From Acidobacteriota bacterium (lineage in GTDB: Bacteria > Acidobacteriota > Thermoanaerobaculia > Multivoradales > J023): a stretch of 64,000 nt of DNA. This document shows positions 61,339 through 64,000 of the stretch, piece by piece. How positions within the stretch are numbered: the stretch's first letter is position 1; each line of letters begins with the position of its first letter. The translations under genes and the position numbers were made by a program. The stretch covers positions 293,144-357,143 of the forward strand of contig JBCCVZ010000005.1 of assembly GCA_039194425.1 (NCBI GenBank), in the 5' to 3' direction. Under the pieces are notes generated by a model. That model was given only the letters and a program-made list of their open reading frames with translations, ran no database searches and was not told the DNA's origin.

Positions 61339-62298
61339 TCAGGTTGGCAGGGGCAGCTCGAGCTGACGGACCGCGAGCTCGAGACTGGCCGGAAAGCGCA
61401 CGTTCCGGTCGTACCAGGCGCGCGCGGCGCCTGAGACGGCGGTGAGTGACGACGGATCGTGCCGCGCGGTCTCGAGCCGTGCAGCGAGCTCCGAGGCGAC
61501 CTCGTCGGGCGAGGACTTCTCGACATCGATCGCGACCGCCAGGTAGTGCACGTCGGGCTCGAGGGGATCGGCGAGCTGGTTCACCGGTCGGGGCATCAGC
61601 ACCGGGGTGCCGACGCCGAAGGCTTCGATCTCGCGGTGGCAGAGGACGCCGAAACCGGGCAGGCAGAGCGCGATCGGCGCCGCGGCGAGCTCGTCGAGGT
61701 AGCTGTCGTAGGGCACGGTGGTTTCGAAGTCCGGCCTCACGAGCCCGCGTGCGGCCAGCGCCTGGAGGATCGGGCGCCGATTCGCCCACGACGCGTTGCC
61801 TCGAAAATAGAGCGGTGACCTTGGGGCATCTCCGACCAGAGCGCCCGCTGCGTCGCGCGCGTCTCGTCGCCTGCGCAGCTCCCCGAGGCGCTGCTGGAAG
61901 GCGGTGGCGTGGGTCTCGAAGTAGGTCCACGGCACGACCTTCTCGCGCCCGCTGCCGGGGCCGAAGTGGCGCCGCTCCCACTGGCATTTCAAGACTCGGC
62001 GGCAGCGGCGGTCGGCGGCGAAGGCGTCGAGGTGGTTGGTGAAGGGGAGGGTCCAGTCGGTGCCGTCGAGCACCCAATAGTCCCGCGTCTGCCCGCCGCG
62101 CGGCCGGTCGAGGATCGCCAGGCAGTGGCTGAGCTCGATCGGGTGACGCCGCCCGAGCCTCCCGCGTGCGGCGAATCGGGGAGAGGAGCGGGCCTCGACG
62201 CGGGCGCCGCGGGTCTCGAGGTGCGCGGCAAAACGGTGGAAGATCTCGCGCTCCCAGACACCCGGGGTGTCGTCGTCGACGAAAAGGCGGAAGTGCAT
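61339..62298 (-). CDS. Putative glycosyltransferase (exostosin/GT47-like C-terminal domain)
   Basis: LYFRG, YLDEL...ALCLPG...CHREIEAFGVGTPVL pattern; start ATG 62298. Confidence 0.6.
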   Translation of the reverse strand: MHFRLFVDDDTPGVWEREIFHRFAAHLETRGARVEARSSPRFAARGRLGRRHPIELSHCLAILDRPRGGQTRDYWVLDGTDWTLPFTNHLDAFAADRRCRRVLKCQWERRHFGPGSGREKVVPWTYFETHATAFQQRLGELRRRRDARDAAGALVGDAPRSPLYFRGNASWANRRPILQALAARGLVRPDFETTVPYDSYLDELAAAPIALCLPGFGVLCHREIEAFGVGTPVLMPRPVNQLADPLEPDVHYLAVAIDVEKSSPDEVASELAARLETARHDPSSLTAVSGAARAWYDRNVRFPASLELAVRQLELPLPT

Positions 62299-62318
62299 AC
62301 GCTGTCGTCGCTCGAGAC

Positions 62319-63836
62319 TCAGCCGGCGTTCAGCCGCGGCAGGTGGTATTCGCCGAGATCGTCTTCGATCGCGACGCGGATGCCGTCGGTCCAGCGAATC
62401 CGTCGACGCGGCATGCTCTCCGGGTCCGCGGCCCGACGCAGGTCGTCGGCCGCCGCGTCGGCGTTCGGATAGGTTAGTGCCCAAAGGCGCAGCCAGCGGG
62501 TCGAGGTCTCGGCGGACCGGACGGCGACGAGCAGCAGATAGTGGCCGATGCCGGGCGGACGGTCCGGGTGGATCTCCGGGTCGCTCACGCGCACGCGCAG
62601 CGCGCGCCGGCGGACGATGTCGATCGCCGCGGGTGGACGCTCGAGCCGGGAGGCGAGCGCGGAGCGCAGCGCGCCGAGGTCGAACCCGAGGATGTCGACC
62701 GCGGCGTCGGTCGCGCGCGGCTCTCGCGGCAAGGCCTCGAACGCGTCGAGCACCTGAGGGACCGCGTCGATCGGCACCCCCTGCGAGTCGTCGGCCTCGG
62801 CGCCGACGCGCAGCAGTCGACGCGCCGCGGCGACCACCTCCGGCGTGGCGGTCGCCTCGTCGGTGGCATACAGCACGCGTCGGCTGGCGGCGGGTAGAAA
62901 CTCGGCCCAGCGCGGGCCGGCGTGGAAGGTCGCGAGCGCCGGCGTACCGAGGCTGAGGCACTCGGCGACCTGCATGAAGCCGTACTTCACCACGGCCAGG
63001 TCGGCGACGGCGAGCAGGCCGAGCAAGGTCGCCTCGTCGGGCGGCTCGAGGACTGCGACCGGGCCGTCGGGGGCGAGCGGCACGTGGGCCTCGAGCAGCT
63101 GATGGCGGCATGCGTCCGGGTCGCGTGCGCAGAACACGAAGCGGATCGTGGAGCGGTTTTCAGAGTCGGCCGGCTCGAGCAGCTGCACCGCCAGCGAGCG
63201 TGCGAGGGCCTCGACCTTGGCGTCGTAGGCGAGAACCACGATCAGCGGCGCGTCTCCAGCGTCCGCCTCGCGAGGCCCGAAGAGCTCGTCGACCCGGCGC
63301 TGAGCCGCCACCCGATCGCAGCGACCGAAGGGGGGCACCTGCAGCAGTCGATCGGACACGTCGCTCGAGGCGTGGTGTGCGCTCGGTCCCATCAGCACCA
63401 TGCCGTCGAGCATCGGGCCGAGCTCGCGCCACAAAGCCGCGTTGATCGCTGGCGCATAGGCGTTGTCGAGAACGACGACCGGAATCTCCGCCTCGACCGC
63501 GCACAGCGTCGCCTCGAGCAGCGCGCCGGCGAGCGGCGCCTCGCCGATCACGACGAGATCGGTGTCGAGCGAGCCCAGCAGTGCCAGGAAGGTGCGCCGA
63601 TTGTCTTCGATCGCAGCGCCCTCGGCGACGGTGAACGGCACGTCGACGAAGTGCAGCCGCCGCTCGGCCTCGCGCGTCGTCGCGTCGGCGTAGGCCTCGC
63701 GGCCGGTGCACAGCACCGCGACCTCGTGACCGCGATCCCGCGCGGCGAGCGCCAGGCGCAGGCAGCGCTTGTAGACGCCGATCAGGGCCTGGCCCTCGCG
63801 GGCACCGAAGCAGTAGGCGACGAAGAGGAGATTCAC
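62319..63836 (-). CDS. Putative GT-B fold glycosyltransferase-like protein
   Basis: LALAARDRGHEV, DLVVIGE, IPVVVLD and ADLAVVKYG...ECLSLGTP motifs. Confidence 0.55.
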   Translation of the reverse strand: MNLLFVAYCFGAREGQALIGVYKRCLRLALAARDRGHEVAVLCTGREAYADATTREAERRLHFVDVPFTVAEGAAIEDNRRTFLALLGSLDTDLVVIGEAPLAGALLEATLCAVEAEIPVVVLDNAYAPAINAALWRELGPMLDGMVLMGPSAHHASSDVSDRLLQVPPFGRCDRVAAQRRVDELFGPREADAGDAPLIVVLAYDAKVEALARSLAVQLLEPADSENRSTIRFVFCARDPDACRHQLLEAHVPLAPDGPVAVLEPPDEATLLGLLAVADLAVVKYGFMQVAECLSLGTPALATFHAGPRWAEFLPAASRRVLYATDEATATPEVVAAARRLLRVGAEADDSQGVPIDAVPQVLDAFEALPREPRATDAAVDILGFDLGALRSALASRLERPPAAIDIVRRRALRVRVSDPEIHPDRPPGIGHYLLLVAVRSAETSTRWLRLWALTYPNADAAADDLRRAADPESMPRRRIRWTDGIRVAIEDDLGEYHLPRLNAG

Positions 63837-64000
63837 TCGACGATTCTCGCAGATCCTTTGCACGGATCGCCTGGGACGCGGGTGGCGCGAGATGGACAGG
63901 CATTTGCCCCGGGGATCCGGAGGTTTGCGCAGCGGCGCGGCGAGCTCGCGGCGGCTGCGGCTCGCGTACGATTTGTTTTATTGCCTCTCTGACCATGGCT

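Overview
High-GC bacterial DNA with no rRNA, tRNA, integrase or CRISPR-cas seen. Gene content (IPTL-CTERM protein, TPR-CHAT proteases, winged-helix/TPR regulator, ASPIC/UnbV protein) suggests, by inference only, an Acidobacteriota/Thermoanaerobaculia-like organism. The housekeeping backbone is icd, parE/parC, gcvT-gcvH, queA, a peptide ABC transporter, rplU-rpmA-obgE-nadD-rsfS, a crotonase/thiolase operon and uup. Three accessory loci stand out. (1) A SatD + DUF3307-like pair sits between parE and parC, separated by an array of six 20-bp palindromes at a 28-29 bp period. (2) At 26.3-32.1 kb, a pseudo-metzincin, a secreted TPR-CHAT protease, a 123-aa putative precursor ending WARIDDVCFP and a radical SAM enzyme form a candidate RiPP cluster. 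(3) At 35.1-49.2 kb, a hybrid kinase, ECF sigma, anti-sigma and TPR-CHAT are followed by a 49-aa peptide, a gingipain-like protease, a metacaspase and a membrane CHAT-FGE protein: four clan-CD proteases in a CRISPR-free putative proteolytic signalling or defence cascade. Short tandem duplications of about 13-22 bp recur at gene ends. All family calls come from motif recognition by eye, not from database searches. Several starts were moved downstream of the ORF-track starts.
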